A stretch of DNA of 64,000 bases, taken from NCBI GenBank assembly GCA_036396115.1, contig DASWLN010000168.1, forward strand, positions 3,362 through 67,361, given 5' to 3'. The position numbers and the translations under genes are program-made. The stretch comes from Candidatus Zixiibacteriota bacterium. GTDB lineage: Bacteria > Zixibacteria > MSB-5A5 > DASWLN01. The notes below the pieces were generated by a model. It was not told where the DNA came from, searched no databases, and saw only the letters and a program-made list of their open reading frames with translations. Each line of letters starts with the position of its first letter. Position 1 is the stretch's first letter. This document shows, one piece after another, positions 1 to 10,200 of this stretch.

Positions 1-2
1 TA

Positions 3-110
3 AGAGATCACGGATTTCTTAAAAGAATGTCGACCAAAGGAGGAAGGAAAGTATTGCAAAGAAGGAGAGGCAAGAAAAGAAAAAGGTTGACGGTCAAGCC
101 GGGCAGATGA
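3..110 (+). CDS. rpmH: 50S ribosomal protein L34, 3' part (starts before the window)
   Basis: Frame from nt 3 reads RDHGFLKRMSTKGGRKVLQRRRGKKRKRLTVKPGR*; TGA overlaps the rnpA ATG; not in the ORF track. Confidence 0.95.
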   Translation, partial: RDHGFLKRMSTKGGRKVLQRRRGKKRKRLTVKPGR

Positions 111-442
111 AAGAGTCTTTACCTAAGGTAATCAAGAAGAAAGAGGAAATCGAGGAGACTATCCAGCAGGGAGAAAAAAGAAAAGGGAAGTATCTGCTCG
201 GGTTTGTGCGCCCTTATTCCCAAGAAAATTTTAGCTTCTGTATCTTAATCAATAGAAAGATAAAAAAAGCAGTTGAGCGAAATCGGATAAAAAGGCTTTT
301 AAGGGAGATAGTTCGCAAGAATAAGGAAATTTTCAGAACCAAAGGGAGGATTGCTCTGCTTTACATTTCCAGATCAGCCGAGACGAGCTATTCTGAACTG
401 GAGAATGACCTTAAGGGAATGTTTTATGAGAATGATCGATAA
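107..442 (+). CDS. rnpA: Ribonuclease P protein component
   Basis: KKAVERNRIKRLLRE (RNR motif); position between rpmH and yidD. Confidence 0.9.
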   Translation: MKESLPKVIKKKEEIEETIQQGEKRKGKYLLGFVRPYSQENFSFCILINRKIKKAVERNRIKRLLREIVRKNKEIFRTKGRIALLYISRSAETSYSELENDLKGMFYENDR

Positions 443-656
443 GTTTTTGCAAGCGGTCTTAATAGTTATCATACGATTCTATCGATACAGTCTAAGTTAT
501 TTCTTTCCAAGCAGTTGTAGATTTGAACCGAGTTGTTCCGAATATGCCATTTCTGCTTTGAGAAGTTATGGAGTAGTAAAAGGGTCTTGGCTAACGATAA
601 AAAGATTATCCAGGTGCCATCCCTTTCATCCAGGCGGATATGACCCCATAAAATAG
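426..656 (+). CDS. yidD: Membrane protein insertion efficiency factor YidD
   Basis: CRFEPSCSEY and RCHPFHPGGYDP motifs; start moved to ATG 426 (432 also possible). Confidence 0.93.
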   Translation: MRMIDKFLQAVLIVIIRFYRYSLSYFFPSSCRFEPSCSEYAISALRSYGVVKGSWLTIKRLSRCHPFHPGGYDPIK

Positions 657-666
657 GGAGAGATTT

Positions 667-2319
667 ATGGAAAAGAAAAACCTTTTAGCCTTAGTTCTAA
701 TCAGCCTACTCACTATGGGTTATTTCATCTATACGGGCTCCATTACCCCTAAAGAGCCGAGCCGTCCTTATTCTGCGAAAGGGGGGATTGAAATTGATAC
801 CTCTTCAGTAGGAACCCAGAAATCACCTGAGTTAAAAACGGAGCGCGGGAAGTTTGCTGTTCAGGATACAACCACACCGGAAAAAGTAGTAAAGGTGGAA
901 ACCGACCTTTACAGGGCACATTTCTCAAGTAGGGGCGCGACGTTGAAGAGTTTCTTGCTTAAGCGATATAAATATTCAGAGAATGGAAACCAAATTGAGC
1001 TTATTCCTCAAGATAGTCCGGGAAGTTTGGGCATACTGTTTTCGGATTCGACACTGTTTTCTTTCCAAGTTGACTTAGATAGTCTAATTCTTAATGACGT
1101 AACACAAAGGGGCACAATAACTTTCAATGGTCATGCAAAAGATGGCACAACAATAACAAAAAAATACACCTTCTATAATAACAAATATCATTTCAACTTA
1201 GAGCTCGAAATCTCAGAGGATGGACAGGCTGAATCGAGAAGAGATTATGCTTTGGCTTGGTCATCCGGGCTTGCCTCAACCGAGAAAGATCTAAACGAGG
1301 ACCTGCGCTATTTTGAGGCTTATTCTATGATGGGGCAGCAACTTCGCAGTAGTAAGAAATTCAAAAAGGAAAGTGGTACAGAAATGGATGTGCTGGAGGA
1401 ATCTAATTCTGGCCAGACCGACTGGGTAGCAACCAAAACTAAATATTTCTTGGCTTCAATTGTTCCCCTATCCAAGAAAGGATCAGGCTTTTCAGTTTAC
1501 GGGAAAAGGTGGTTTAGCGGTCAAGAGGGTCAAAGACTTGAGCACAAACAGATAGCTGTCTTCTTGGAGATGCCCTTCGCCAGGGATAGTATAGCAATAG
1601 ACAGTTTCATGGTGTACCTTGGTCCACTGGATTACAATAAATTAAGGAGCTATAAAATAGGACTTGAGAACACGGTTAACTTAGGGTGGAAAATAATCAA
1701 GCCGTTTTCCATTGCCATTCTTTGGATTTTCGTGAACTTGCACAAATTAATTCCTAATTATGGCTTGGTGATAATCATATTTACCATCTTAATGAAGATT
1801 GTGCTCCATCCCCTAACGCATAAGAGCACAAAATCAATGAGTAAGATGCAAGAGCTCCAGCCCAGGATAACAGAACTAAAGGAGAAGCACAAGGACGACA
1901 CTCAAAGGATGAACCAGGAGATGATGAAGCTTTATAAGGAGCAAGGAGTTAACCCTCTGGGCGGATGCCTGCCTTTATTGCTCCAGATGCCCTTGTTTTA
2001 TGGTCTGTTCGTGATCTTCCAAAGCACCATTGAGCTGAGAGGAGCAGAATTTGCTTGGTGGCTGAAGGATTTGTCGCAAAAGGACCCCTACTTTATCCTT
2101 CCTTTAATTATGTCAGTAGCTATGTTCTGGCAGCAGAAGATAACCATAAGAGATCCCAAGCAAAAGATGATGGTCTATCTTATGCCCATACTATTCTTCT
2201 TCCTTTTCAAAGGCTTCCCCGCAGGCTTGACCCTTTATTGGACACTCTTCAATATCCTCTCTTTGGCTGAACAGTATTACCTTAAAGCCAAACATGCCAG
2301 CGAAGCAGTTTCCGCATGA
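667..2319 (+). CDS. yidC: Membrane protein insertase YidC
   Basis: Periplasmic domain plus NPLGGCLPLLLQMP and WLKDLS..DPY motifs; synteny. Confidence 0.97.
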   Translation: MEKKNLLALVLISLLTMGYFIYTGSITPKEPSRPYSAKGGIEIDTSSVGTQKSPELKTERGKFAVQDTTTPEKVVKVETDLYRAHFSSRGATLKSFLLKRYKYSENGNQIELIPQDSPGSLGILFSDSTLFSFQVDLDSLILNDVTQRGTITFNGHAKDGTTITKKYTFYNNKYHFNLELEISEDGQAESRRDYALAWSSGLASTEKDLNEDLRYFEAYSMMGQQLRSSKKFKKESGTEMDVLEESNSGQTDWVATKTKYFLASIVPLSKKGSGFSVYGKRWFSGQEGQRLEHKQIAVFLEMPFARDSIAIDSFMVYLGPLDYNKLRSYKIGLENTVNLGWKIIKPFSIAILWIFVNLHKLIPNYGLVIIIFTILMKIVLHPLTHKSTKSMSKMQELQPRITELKEKHKDDTQRMNQEMMKLYKEQGVNPLGGCLPLLLQMPLFYGLFVIFQSTIELRGAEFAWWLKDLSQKDPYFILPLIMSVAMFWQQKITIRDPKQKMMVYLMPILFFFLFKGFPAGLTLYWTLFNILSLAEQYYLKAKHASEAVSA

Positions 2320-3709
2320 AAAAAAAAATTTCAAAGCCGGCAGTGATACTATTGCCGCCATTTCCACTCCTCCAGGAGAAGGCGGAATAGGCATTGTTCG
2401 GCTCTCCGGCAACGACTCCTTCAAAATCGCAGACAAGCTCTTCGCAGGCAAGACCCTGCCCAGCCAGATGAAAAGCCATACTGTCTGTTTTGGAAAACTG
2501 ATGGATGCCACAAGCAGCGAATTGTTAGATGAGGTGCTGGTGACCGTATTGCGTTCCCCTAATAGCTACACTTGTGAGGATATGGTGGAGATAAGTTGTC
2601 ACGGAGGCGGTTTGGTTCTATCCAAAATATTAGAGCAAACGCTCAGATGCGGAGCAAGATTAGCCAATCCCGGAGAGTTCACCCTGAGAGCTTTTTTAAA
2701 TGGAAGAATGGACTTGGCTCAGGCTGAAGCCGTGGTTGATATAATCCGGGCAAAGACAGATTCAAGTTTGAAAGTTGCCCTGCAGAATTTGGAAGGTAAG
2801 CTCTCAAAAAAACTAAATCATTGCCGTGAAAGACTAATCGATATATTGGCAGAGATAGAGTTAGGAGTGGATTTCATTGAGGAAGATGTTGAGGAATTAG
2901 ATAGAAAAAAGATAACCAAGAAGATAACCGAACTGGAAATAGATATAAAGAATCTCTTGGACAGCTATGTTGAAGGCCGCATTTTAAGAGAGGGATTGAA
3001 TGTTGTTATTGTGGGAAGCCCCAATGTTGGCAAATCAAGTCTTTTGAATGCGTTCTTAGGGAAAGACAGGGCAATTGTAACTCCGATTCCAGGAACGACC
3101 AGAGACACAATAGAAGAATTCGTTAGCATAAAAGGGATTCCAGTAAGACTGGTTGATACTGCCGGGTTCCATATCTCTAAGAACAAAATAGAATTAGAGG
3201 GGATAAGAAGGGCGAAAGTTGAGATAGATAAGGCAGACCTTGTGGTTTGGGTTGTTGATTTGTCAAAGAAACTTAGTGAAAATGAGAGAAAGTTAGAAGA
3301 ATTAATTTCCAAGTATAAGTATGTCGTGGCACTAAATAAGATCGATATAGCTTCAAGTCGAACTGTAAAGAAAATGCTGGCAGAATTCAAAAAAAGAGAT
3401 GTTATGAGAATATCGGCATTGCAATCCATTGGTATTAAAAACCTTAGAGATTTCATTATTTCTTCCTTTATAGGCAAGACTAAATCAGAGAACAACCTGA
3501 TTATCTCCAATTTAAGACATAAGCAATTATTAGAAAAGAGCTTAGAGAATTTGAAAAGGGCAAAAGAAAGTCTTGAAAAGGGAATGAGTCCTGAATTCGT
3601 TGCTCTTGATCTAAGAATGGCGCTTGACTCTATTGGTGAGATAGTTGGAAAAGTGGTTACAGATGATATCTTAAATCGAATATTCTCCAAATTTTGTGTA
3701 GGTAAGTGA
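2294..3709 (+). CDS. mnmE: tRNA modification GTPase MnmE
   Basis: DTIAAISTPPGEGGIG, GSPNVGKSS, PGTTRD, DTAG, C-terminal FSKFCVGK. Confidence 0.97.
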   Translation: MPAKQFPHEKKNFKAGSDTIAAISTPPGEGGIGIVRLSGNDSFKIADKLFAGKTLPSQMKSHTVCFGKLMDATSSELLDEVLVTVLRSPNSYTCEDMVEISCHGGGLVLSKILEQTLRCGARLANPGEFTLRAFLNGRMDLAQAEAVVDIIRAKTDSSLKVALQNLEGKLSKKLNHCRERLIDILAEIELGVDFIEEDVEELDRKKITKKITELEIDIKNLLDSYVEGRILREGLNVVIVGSPNVGKSSLLNAFLGKDRAIVTPIPGTTRDTIEEFVSIKGIPVRLVDTAGFHISKNKIELEGIRRAKVEIDKADLVVWVVDLSKKLSENERKLEELISKYKYVVALNKIDIASSRTVKKMLAEFKKRDVMRISALQSIGIKNLRDFIISSFIGKTKSENNLIISNLRHKQLLEKSLENLKRAKESLEKGMSPEFVALDLRMALDSIGEIVGKVVTDDILNRIFSKFCVGK

Positions 3710-3752
3710 AGCCTCCCCGTGATAAATCACGGAGCTTCCCAAATATGAAAGG

Positions 3753-3786
3753 CCCTCGGCTTCCCTCGGCTTCGCCGAGAGGCGAG
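3753..3786 (+). repeat. 24-nt mini-palindrome CCCTCGGCTTCGCCGAGAGGCGAG (3763-3786) preceded by a partial copy
   Basis: Identical 24-mer at 29265-29288 and 63752-63775. Confidence 0.85.
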
Positions 3787-3832
3787 CGAGACTTTCTGGT
3801 AGAGGCGAGTAATTATAATATAAGATGTTACA

Positions 3833-5719
3833 ATGATAATCTATAAAGAAGAATATGAAGTGATTGTGGTCGGTGCTGGCCATGCTGGTTGTGAGGCTGC
3901 GCTTGCCACATCCCGTATGGGTCACAAAACCCTACTTCTGACAATGAATAAAGAGGCGATTGCTCAAATGTCTTGCAATCCGGCAGTTGGTGGTCAGGCA
4001 AAAGGGCATTTAGTCAGAGAGATAGATGCATTAGGTGGAGAGATTGGGTTTAATACAGATAAGGCAGCTGTTCAACTAAAGGTTCTAAACAAGAGAAAGG
4101 GTCCTGCAGTTTGGTCAACCAGGGCACAGTGCGATCGCACAGCATATCGTGTTGCTATGCGGCAGGTGCTTGAAAGTCAGCCGAATCTCTGGGTAAAACA
4201 AGGAAATATAATTGAGATATTGGCTGACAAGAACAAAGCAAAAGGAGTATTGACCGAGACCGGAACCGCCTATTTAGGCAAAATCCTTATTCTCTGTGTG
4301 GGGACATTTTTAAACGGCTTGATCCATATAGGACTTACGAAATTTGAAGCCGGAAGGATGGGCGAATTTCCAGCAAGAGGGATAACTGAAAATCTGATTA
4401 AACTCGGTTTTGAAGCGGGAAGACTTAAAACCGGTACTCCACCAAGACTAGATGGAAAGACAATTGATTTTGAAAAGACGGAAATCCAATGGGGAGATGA
4501 AAATCCAACCCCATTTTCTCTGAGAACTAACAAATTATCCTTCAAGGACTTACCCTGTTTTTTGACTTATACAAATTCGGATACACACAAATTCATATTG
4601 AAAAACTTAGATCGCTCACCTCTTTACAGCGGGATTATAAAGGGCATCGGACCACGCTATTGTCCCTCAATTGAAGATAAAGTTGTAAGATTCAAAGAGA
4701 AGCCGAGACATCAGCTTTTTCTTGAACCAGAAGGTTATAACACAAATGAATACTATCTAAATGGGTTTGCCACAAGCCTGCCTGAAGATGTCCAGCTTTC
4801 CGCTTTAAGAACAGTGGCAGGCTTGGAAAAAGTGGAGATGACCAGGCCCGGATATGCGATTGAGTATGATTTCTTCCCTCCGATTCAACTGAAGAACAGT
4901 TTGGAAACAAAGTTGATTGAAAACCTTTTCTTTGCCGGGCAACTAAACGGGACTTCCGGATATGAGGAGGCAGCAGCACAGGGCATAGTGGCAGGCATAA
5001 ATGCCGGTCTGAAATTAGAAGAAGAAGAGGCATTTGTGTTGGACCGAAGTCAGGCTTATATTGGTGTCCTGATAGATGATTTGATAACCAAAGGGACAAG
5101 CGAGCCTTACCGTATGTTCACCTCCCGGGCTGAGTATCGACTCCTTCTAAGAGAGGATAATGCGGACCAGAGGTTAACAGAATATGGGCATAAATTCGAC
5201 TTAATAGATAAGGAAATATACTCTCGAGTTAAGATCAAGATGAAGAATATAGAGGAGGAAAGAGGAAGGCTCAAAAGGACTTACACTAAACTCTCCTTTT
5301 TTAATCTTGAGTCCGACAATAACAAGAGAATATCTTTAGCTGATGCCTTAAAGATTCCGGGTATAACTTACGAGAATTTGGCTAAGGTGGACAAGGCCAG
5401 CCAGAGCATTTCTCCTCATGTAGCTTTGCAAGTAGAGTTGGAGACTAAATATGAGGGGTATATCAAAAGACAGGAAGAAGAGGTGGCGAAATTCAGAAGG
5501 CTTGAGAATATGGTTATTCCACAAGATTTTGATTATCAAGGACTTAGTGGTTTCAAGAAAGAGGCTTTGGAAAAGTTAAATAAAATCAAGCCAGTTTCAG
5601 TTGGTCAGGCTTCGCGCATATCCGGCGTCTCACCAGGTGATATTGCAGTTCTCTTGGTCCACCTGAAGCGTCATAAAGAGGGGAAAGTTTCACGTGAAAC
5701 AAAGACATTTTTGATATAG
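3833..5719 (+). CDS. mnmG: tRNA uridine-5-carboxymethylaminomethyl synthesis enzyme MnmG (GidA)
   Basis: VVGAGHAGCEAA, MSCNPAVGG, GPRYCPSIEDK, GYEEAAAQG. Confidence 0.98.
   Translation: MIIYKEEYEVIVVGAGHAGCEAALATSRMGHKTLLLTMNKEAIAQMSCNPAVGGQAKGHLVREIDALGGEIGFNTDKAAVQLKVLNKRKGPAVWSTRAQCDRTAYRVAMRQVLESQPNLWVKQGNIIEILADKNKAKGVLTETGTAYLGKILILCVGTFLNGLIHIGLTKFEAGRMGEFPARGITENLIKLGFEAGRLKTGTPPRLDGKTIDFEKTEIQWGDENPTPFSLRTNKLSFKDLPCFLTYTNSDTHKFILKNLDRSPLYSGIIKGIGPRYCPSIEDKVVRFKEKPRHQLFLEPEGYNTNEYYLNGFATSLPEDVQLSALRTVAGLEKVEMTRPGYAIEYDFFPPIQLKNSLETKLIENLFFAGQLNGTSGYEEAAAQGIVAGINAGLKLEEEEAFVLDRSQAYIGVLIDDLITKGTSEPYRMFTSRAEYRLLLREDNADQRLTEYGHKFDLIDKEIYSRVKIKMKNIEEERGRLKRTYTKLSFFNLESDNNKRISLADALKIPGITYENLAKVDKASQSISPHVALQVELETKYEGYIKRQEEEVAKFRRLENMVIPQDFDYQGLSGFKKEALEKLNKIKPVSVGQASRISGVSPGDIAVLLVHLKRHKEGKVSRETKTFLI
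5686..5701. promoter_or_regulatory. parS centromere-like site within the mnmG 3' end
   Basis: AGTTTCACGTGAAACA, 15/16 match to TGTTTCACGTGAAACA; parAB lies 1.6 kb downstream. Confidence 0.88.
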
Positions 5720-5726
5720 AAAATCG

Positions 5727-5850
5727 TAGGCGACCCATATGGGTCGCTTTCTTTGGAGTGCATCCTACGGATGCCGCATCGTCACGGACGGGGCACTCCA
5801 TATATAAAAAATGGATTCCCGCCTTCGCCATGCACGAACGGTGCAGGGTT
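5727..5850. repeat. Cluster of REP-like palindromes
   Basis: GCGACCCATATGGGTCGC (also ~24721) and TTTGGAGTGCATCC...GCACTCCATA (also ~11225-11284). Confidence 0.7.
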
Positions 5851-5934
5851 TTCGCTGGAAGGACATAAAAATACGACATAAAAATTAAGCCAGCAATTTA
5901 ATTGACCGATAATTTCTATAACAGGGAGGTAATT

Positions 5935-6438
5935 ATGAATGAGAAATTCTATTATTCAAAAAGATTCTTGCGGGGGATGCTAGTTCTTGGGATTGGTTCG
6001 ATGTTCATATGTATAACTACAGTAGTGCTTGTGTCCATAAAGGACCTACCCTTCATATCAACGGAAAATCTATTATATTCCTTGCAATTCATATGCTTTG
6101 CCATTGTTGCTGCTGGGTCTTTTAGGATCCTCTTTAAGGTGAAGAGTAAGCCTGCAATTACTATAACGGACAACAAGATAGTCTTTGGGCCATATATTGT
6201 TAAGAGATTTTTTGGTGATGGTAGAAAGTTAGAACTTAACTTCGGACAGATTATTTCAGCTGTTGTAATAGACAATTGGAATATTTTTGTCCGCCCTCTT
6301 TTTGGTAAAAGGAAAGATATTGAGGTGAAATTCAAAATAGACGACGATAAAGTGAGGTCGTTTCATATCTATCTCAGTGTAGTCGACAACCCAGAAAGAC
6401 TAATTGAAATCCTCAAGCAGCACATAAAATTTGTGTGA
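5935..6438 (+). CDS. Hypothetical 2-TM membrane protein; paralog of 20004..20543
   Basis: GGAGGT RBS before ATG 5935; two hydrophobic helices then KPAITITDNKIV; shares EKFYY and ERL..ILKQ with the paralog. Confidence 0.75.
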   Translation: MNEKFYYSKRFLRGMLVLGIGSMFICITTVVLVSIKDLPFISTENLLYSLQFICFAIVAAGSFRILFKVKSKPAITITDNKIVFGPYIVKRFFGDGRKLELNFGQIISAVVIDNWNIFVRPLFGKRKDIEVKFKIDDDKVRSFHIYLSVVDNPERLIEILKQHIKFV

Positions 6439-6450
6439 ATTAGCGGTTAC

Positions 6451-6479
6451 GTAGGAACAGAACAGTGTTCTGTTCCTAC
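6451..6479. repeat. GTAG-type REP palindrome
   Basis: GTAGGAACAGAACAGTGTTCTGTTCCTAC perfect hairpin. Confidence 0.8.
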
Positions 6480-6602
6480 AAAAAGAAACCATAGCGATTT
6501 TTTGGAGTATCCCGCCTTTGGCGGGACCAAGAAAAAATAAAGCTAAGGCTTTATAGTCCAACTTCTTAGGTAGAACATAAAAGTCCTACGGATAAAAGGA
6601 AA

Positions 6603-6620
6603 AAGTTTCACGTGAAACTT
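6603..6620. promoter_or_regulatory. parS site overlapping the predicted rsmG GTG start
   Basis: Perfect 18-bp palindrome AAGTTTCACGTGAAACTT. Confidence 0.88.
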
Positions 6621-7280
6621 GAAACTTTAAAGGTTGTCTCCTCAGAGTGGGGAGCACCTCTTTCTTCAGAACAAATAGCTAAACTCTCTATTTTCGTTGA
6701 ACATCTCTTGGCTTGGAGTAGGCGGTTTAACCTAATCTCCAAAAAAGACTCGAACATAGAGGCCATCACCAAACATATCCTCGACTCATTAACCCTCCTT
6801 AGGTTTATATCTATCCCTCGGAATGCTAAAATCATAGATATCGGCTCAGGGGCTGGCTTTCCAGGCATCCCCCTAAAAATTGCCAGAGAAGATTTAGATT
6901 TCAGTTTGGTGGAGTCAACTCACAAGAAATTCTTATTCTTGAAGGATATTGCCCAGAAACTTGAATTATCCAATTTTTGTATTTTTAACCAAAGAGCAGA
7001 GGAGTTATCCGGCTGCGATGAATTCAAAAACAAATACGATTTCGCAACTGCGAAGGCATTGACCGACCTGACTGGAACAGTTAAGATTTGCTTCCCTTTT
7101 CTTAAGAAGGGAGGAGCCTTAATCGCTTACAAAGGAGAGAAATTAGAACAGGAGCTAAAAGAGCTAAAACAAAGGGTTAGAGAAGAAGCATTTGAAGTCA
7201 CAAAAAGAGAGACGATTTTCATTTCCAAGATAAATCTGAAAAGAAACCTGGTGGCTATTGAAAAAAGACTTGATTTTTAA
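6612..7280 (+). CDS. rsmG: 16S rRNA m7G527 methyltransferase RsmG (GidB)
   Basis: FNLIS, KHILDSL, IDIGSGAGFPGIPL; synteny. Confidence 0.96.
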   Translation: MKLETLKVVSSEWGAPLSSEQIAKLSIFVEHLLAWSRRFNLISKKDSNIEAITKHILDSLTLLRFISIPRNAKIIDIGSGAGFPGIPLKIAREDLDFSLVESTHKKFLFLKDIAQKLELSNFCIFNQRAEELSGCDEFKNKYDFATAKALTDLTGTVKICFPFLKKGGALIAYKGEKLEQELKELKQRVREEAFEVTKRETIFISKINLKRNLVAIEKRLDF

Positions 7281-7324
7281 AGGGAAGTTCATTTATCTTG
7301 CTAGTTATTGGATAGGAGTACCGA

Positions 7325-8086
7325 TTGGGGAAAATAATTGCAATCACAAATCAAAAAGGGGGAGTGGGGAAAACCACCACTGCGGTTAATTTAGCTTCCT
7401 GTTTAGCGGTGGCTGAAAAAAGAACATTGCTTGTGGATATCGATCCCCAAGCCAACAGCACCAGCGGTATTGGTTTGGATAAGAACAAGTTAGATAAGAC
7501 CATATACGAAGTTTTAATCAACGAAACCGCGATTGAAGATGTAATCCGTAAAACCGAAATACCATTTTTGGAAGTTGCCCCCTCTCATTTGAGACTGGTT
7601 GGAGCTGAAATTGAATTGGTGAATATGTTTGCACGGGAAAAAAAACTTGCAAGCGCACTGGAGCCGATAAAGAATAAATACGACTTCATTATTGTTGATT
7701 GTCCCCCTTCTCTGGGCCTTTTGACCTTGAACACCTTGACTGCGGCTGATTCAGTTTTAATCCCCATCCAGTGTGAATATTACGCCTTAGAAGGATTAGG
7801 GCAATTGCTTAATACTATAAAACTTGTCCAAAGACATCTCAACCCAAGTTTGAAAATCGAGGGAGTTCTTTTGACTATGTATGACAGTCGGCTTAACCTT
7901 TCCAAGCAAGTGGCAGAAGAGGTAAGAAAACATTTTTCAGACAAAGTGTACAAGACTGTAATCAGTCGTAACGTCAGGCTTTCCGAAGCTCCCAGCTTTG
8001 GCAAACCGATTATCCTTTACGATATCCTTTCAACCGGAGCAGAAAATTATATAAACTTAACCAAGGAAATATTAGATCATGAGTAA
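7325..8086 (+). CDS. parA: Chromosome partitioning ATPase ParA/Soj
   Basis: [11 protein letters not shown] deviant Walker A, DIDPQAN, DCPPSLG. Confidence 0.97.
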   Translation: MGKIIAITNQKGGVGKTTTAVNLASCLAVAEKRTLLVDIDPQANSTSGIGLDKNKLDKTIYEVLINETAIEDVIRKTEIPFLEVAPSHLRLVGAEIELVNMFAREKKLASALEPIKNKYDFIIVDCPPSLGLLTLNTLTAADSVLIPIQCEYYALEGLGQLLNTIKLVQRHLNPSLKIEGVLLTMYDSRLNLSKQVAEEVRKHFSDKVYKTVISRNVRLSEAPSFGKPIILYDILSTGAENYINLTKEILDHE

Positions 8087-8930
8087 AACAGTATTAGGTA
8101 AAGGAATTGAGGCTTTGATTCCTGGTCTTCCCGAGGATAAGTTTGAGGGAAAAGGGAATCTGATTCAACTTGAAATCAAGAAAGTAAAACCAAATCCGTA
8201 TCAGCCGCGAGGCGCCTTCGACCAAACAAAGTTGGAGGAACTGGTTGACTCTATCCGGCAGAGGGGTTTGGTTCAGCCCTTAGTGGTCAGGCGAAAAGAG
8301 GACGGGTTTGAATTGGTAGTTGGAGAGAGAAGACTTTTGGCAGCCCAGAAGGCAGGATTGAATTTCGTGCCGGCGCTCCTGTTGGATAAACTGACCAAAC
8401 AGGAAATGATGGAGATGGCTTTGGTGGAGAATATCCAAAGAGAGGATTTAAATCCAATTGACCAAGCCAAAGGATACAGCCGACTCATAACCGAATGCGG
8501 GGTTTCCCAGAAAGAGCTTTCCAAAAGAATTGGCAAGGACCGCTCCTCTGTTTCTAACATCTTGCGGCTCTTGAACTTACCTGACAAAATACAGCGATAT
8601 CTGTCAGAAGGCAAGCTTTCCGAGGGGCATGCCAGAGCCATTTTGGCGATTCCAGATAAGAAGAGCCAAATATCTTTGGCAGAAAGGATCGTAAGACAGG
8701 GTTTATCTGTGCGCAGAGCTGAAGAGCTTGTTTATAAAAGAAAAGAGGCAAGAAAGGGAACAAAAAAGTACAAGACATCAAAATATTCTGATTTGGAAGA
8801 TAGATTAAGGGAATACCTTAAAACAGCGGTTAAAATTAGTCAGAAACAAGGAAAAGGTAGAATTGAAATAGAATTTTACTCAGAAGAGGATTTAGGTCGA
8901 ATTCTTGAGTTATTCAATTTGAAGATTTGA
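8079..8930 (+). CDS. parB: Chromosome partitioning protein ParB/Spo0J
   Basis: [33 protein letters not shown]. Confidence 0.97.
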   Translation: MSKTVLGKGIEALIPGLPEDKFEGKGNLIQLEIKKVKPNPYQPRGAFDQTKLEELVDSIRQRGLVQPLVVRRKEDGFELVVGERRLLAAQKAGLNFVPALLLDKLTKQEMMEMALVENIQREDLNPIDQAKGYSRLITECGVSQKELSKRIGKDRSSVSNILRLLNLPDKIQRYLSEGKLSEGHARAILAIPDKKSQISLAERIVRQGLSVRRAEELVYKRKEARKGTKKYKTSKYSDLEDRLREYLKTAVKISQKQGKGRIEIEFYSEEDLGRILELFNLKI

Positions 8931-8931
8931 T

Positions 8932-9708
8932 ATGCCAAGAAGGTATGTTAATTTTATCATAGTTCCTGAAGATAAATCAGAAGGAATAAAGCTTAGATTG
9001 TCAACTCTGGCTGTGAAGTTCCTCTTGGGAATTATCCTGGTGGTAGTCGTGGTAATGGCTATTATGTCGATATTTTATGTCAAGGCATTATCTATTGCTA
9101 TGTTGAACAATGAGTTGAAAAAAGAGAATCAAAGGCTGAGAGAATATAACTCCAAGGTTGTGCAAATGGAGAAGGAGCTCGAGGACTACAGGTCATTTTT
9201 CTCTAGAGTTGCGAATTTAGCTGGCGTTGATCAAGATTTGATAGCTAAGAATGGAGAGAGGGTGGCTCAAGTGTTGGGAAATACGTTGGATTCCACAGTT
9301 GACTACTCTATCGGTCCGCAGGAGGTGGACACTCAAGTTGCAGATATTCCGAGCGGCTTGCCTTTGGGGGGATGGATTAGTAGAGATTTTAGCACCGAGC
9401 ATAAGGCTATAGATATTGCAGCAAAGGAGGGAACCGAGGTAAAAGCAGCTGCAGATGGAGTAGTCAAATTCGTTGGCTGGGACGAAACCTTTGGCAACCT
9501 GATTATTCTAAAACATAAAGGCGATATTGAGACCTATTATGGACATAACCAGAAGATTTTAGTAAAGCCCAATCAGAAAGTGAAAAAGGGAGAGACGATC
9601 TCGCTATCAGGAAACACAGGCAAAAGCACAGCCCCGCACTTACATTATGAAATTAAAAAGGATGATAAATCAGTTAATCCCTGGAACTATATGGGGAAGA
9701 AACGCTAG
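8932..9708 (+). CDS. M23 family metallopeptidase with TM anchor and coiled coil
   Basis: HKAID (HxxxD), YYGHN, STAPHLHYEI (HxH). Confidence 0.92.
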   Translation: MPRRYVNFIIVPEDKSEGIKLRLSTLAVKFLLGIILVVVVVMAIMSIFYVKALSIAMLNNELKKENQRLREYNSKVVQMEKELEDYRSFFSRVANLAGVDQDLIAKNGERVAQVLGNTLDSTVDYSIGPQEVDTQVADIPSGLPLGGWISRDFSTEHKAIDIAAKEGTEVKAAADGVVKFVGWDETFGNLIILKHKGDIETYYGHNQKILVKPNQKVKKGETISLSGNTGKSTAPHLHYEIKKDDKSVNPWNYMGKKR

Positions 9709-9716
9709 AGGTCAAA

Positions 9717-10073
9717 ATGCAAAAAAGGAAGGAAAAAATGGAGGGAGGGTTAAATACCTTTGTGGGCAAAGGTTCAACTATCAATGGTGAGTTGGAAGTG
9801 GCGGGTGGTGTCAGGATAGACGGGACAGTTAAGGGAAAGGTGACGGCAAGCGAGACAGTTATAGTTGGAGCAGAGGGGATTATTGAAGCGGATATTGATA
9901 CTAAGATTACGGTGGTGGGTGGAAGGGTGTCCGGAGTAATTACTGCTCTGGATAAAGTGGAGCTCCAGTCTAAGTCAATGATAATCGGGGATATCACAAC
10001 TAAGAATCTGGTAGTTGAGCAGGGAGCGATTTTTCACGGAAAATGCAATATGAAAGAAGGGATGACAGAATAG
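9717..10073 (+). CDS. Bactofilin (polymer-forming cytoskeletal protein)
   Basis: Beta-helix repeats (VRIDGTVKG, GDITTKNLVVEQGAIFHGKC); typical M23-bactofilin pair. Confidence 0.93.
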   Translation: MQKRKEKMEGGLNTFVGKGSTINGELEVAGGVRIDGTVKGKVTASETVIVGAEGIIEADIDTKITVVGGRVSGVITALDKVELQSKSMIIGDITTKNLVVEQGAIFHGKCNMKEGMTE

Positions 10074-10089
10074 AGGTATAAAAGGTAGT

Positions 10090-10200
10090 GTTTTTGTTGA
10101 TAAGTAACGAGCCTTTGTGGAAATCAGAGTAACTATTTGATAGATCTTGTCTTAAATGAATGTTACTTAGAAGAAAAACAAAGGGTTATCCACATAGATT
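10090..10200. promoter_or_regulatory. DnaA-box/IHF-site cluster, candidate replication origin region
   Basis: TTATCCACA 10186-10194 (perfect), TGTTGATAA 10095-10103 (1 mismatch), TGTGGAAAT 10116-10124 (2 mismatches), IHF-like TAACTATTTGATA 10130-10142; AT-rich. Confidence 0.5.

Noticed and set aside
2965-3690. Long antisense ORFs (also 31660-32271, 36797-37228, 52846-53304 and others)
   Set aside because: Shadow frames of well-supported genes on the opposite strand
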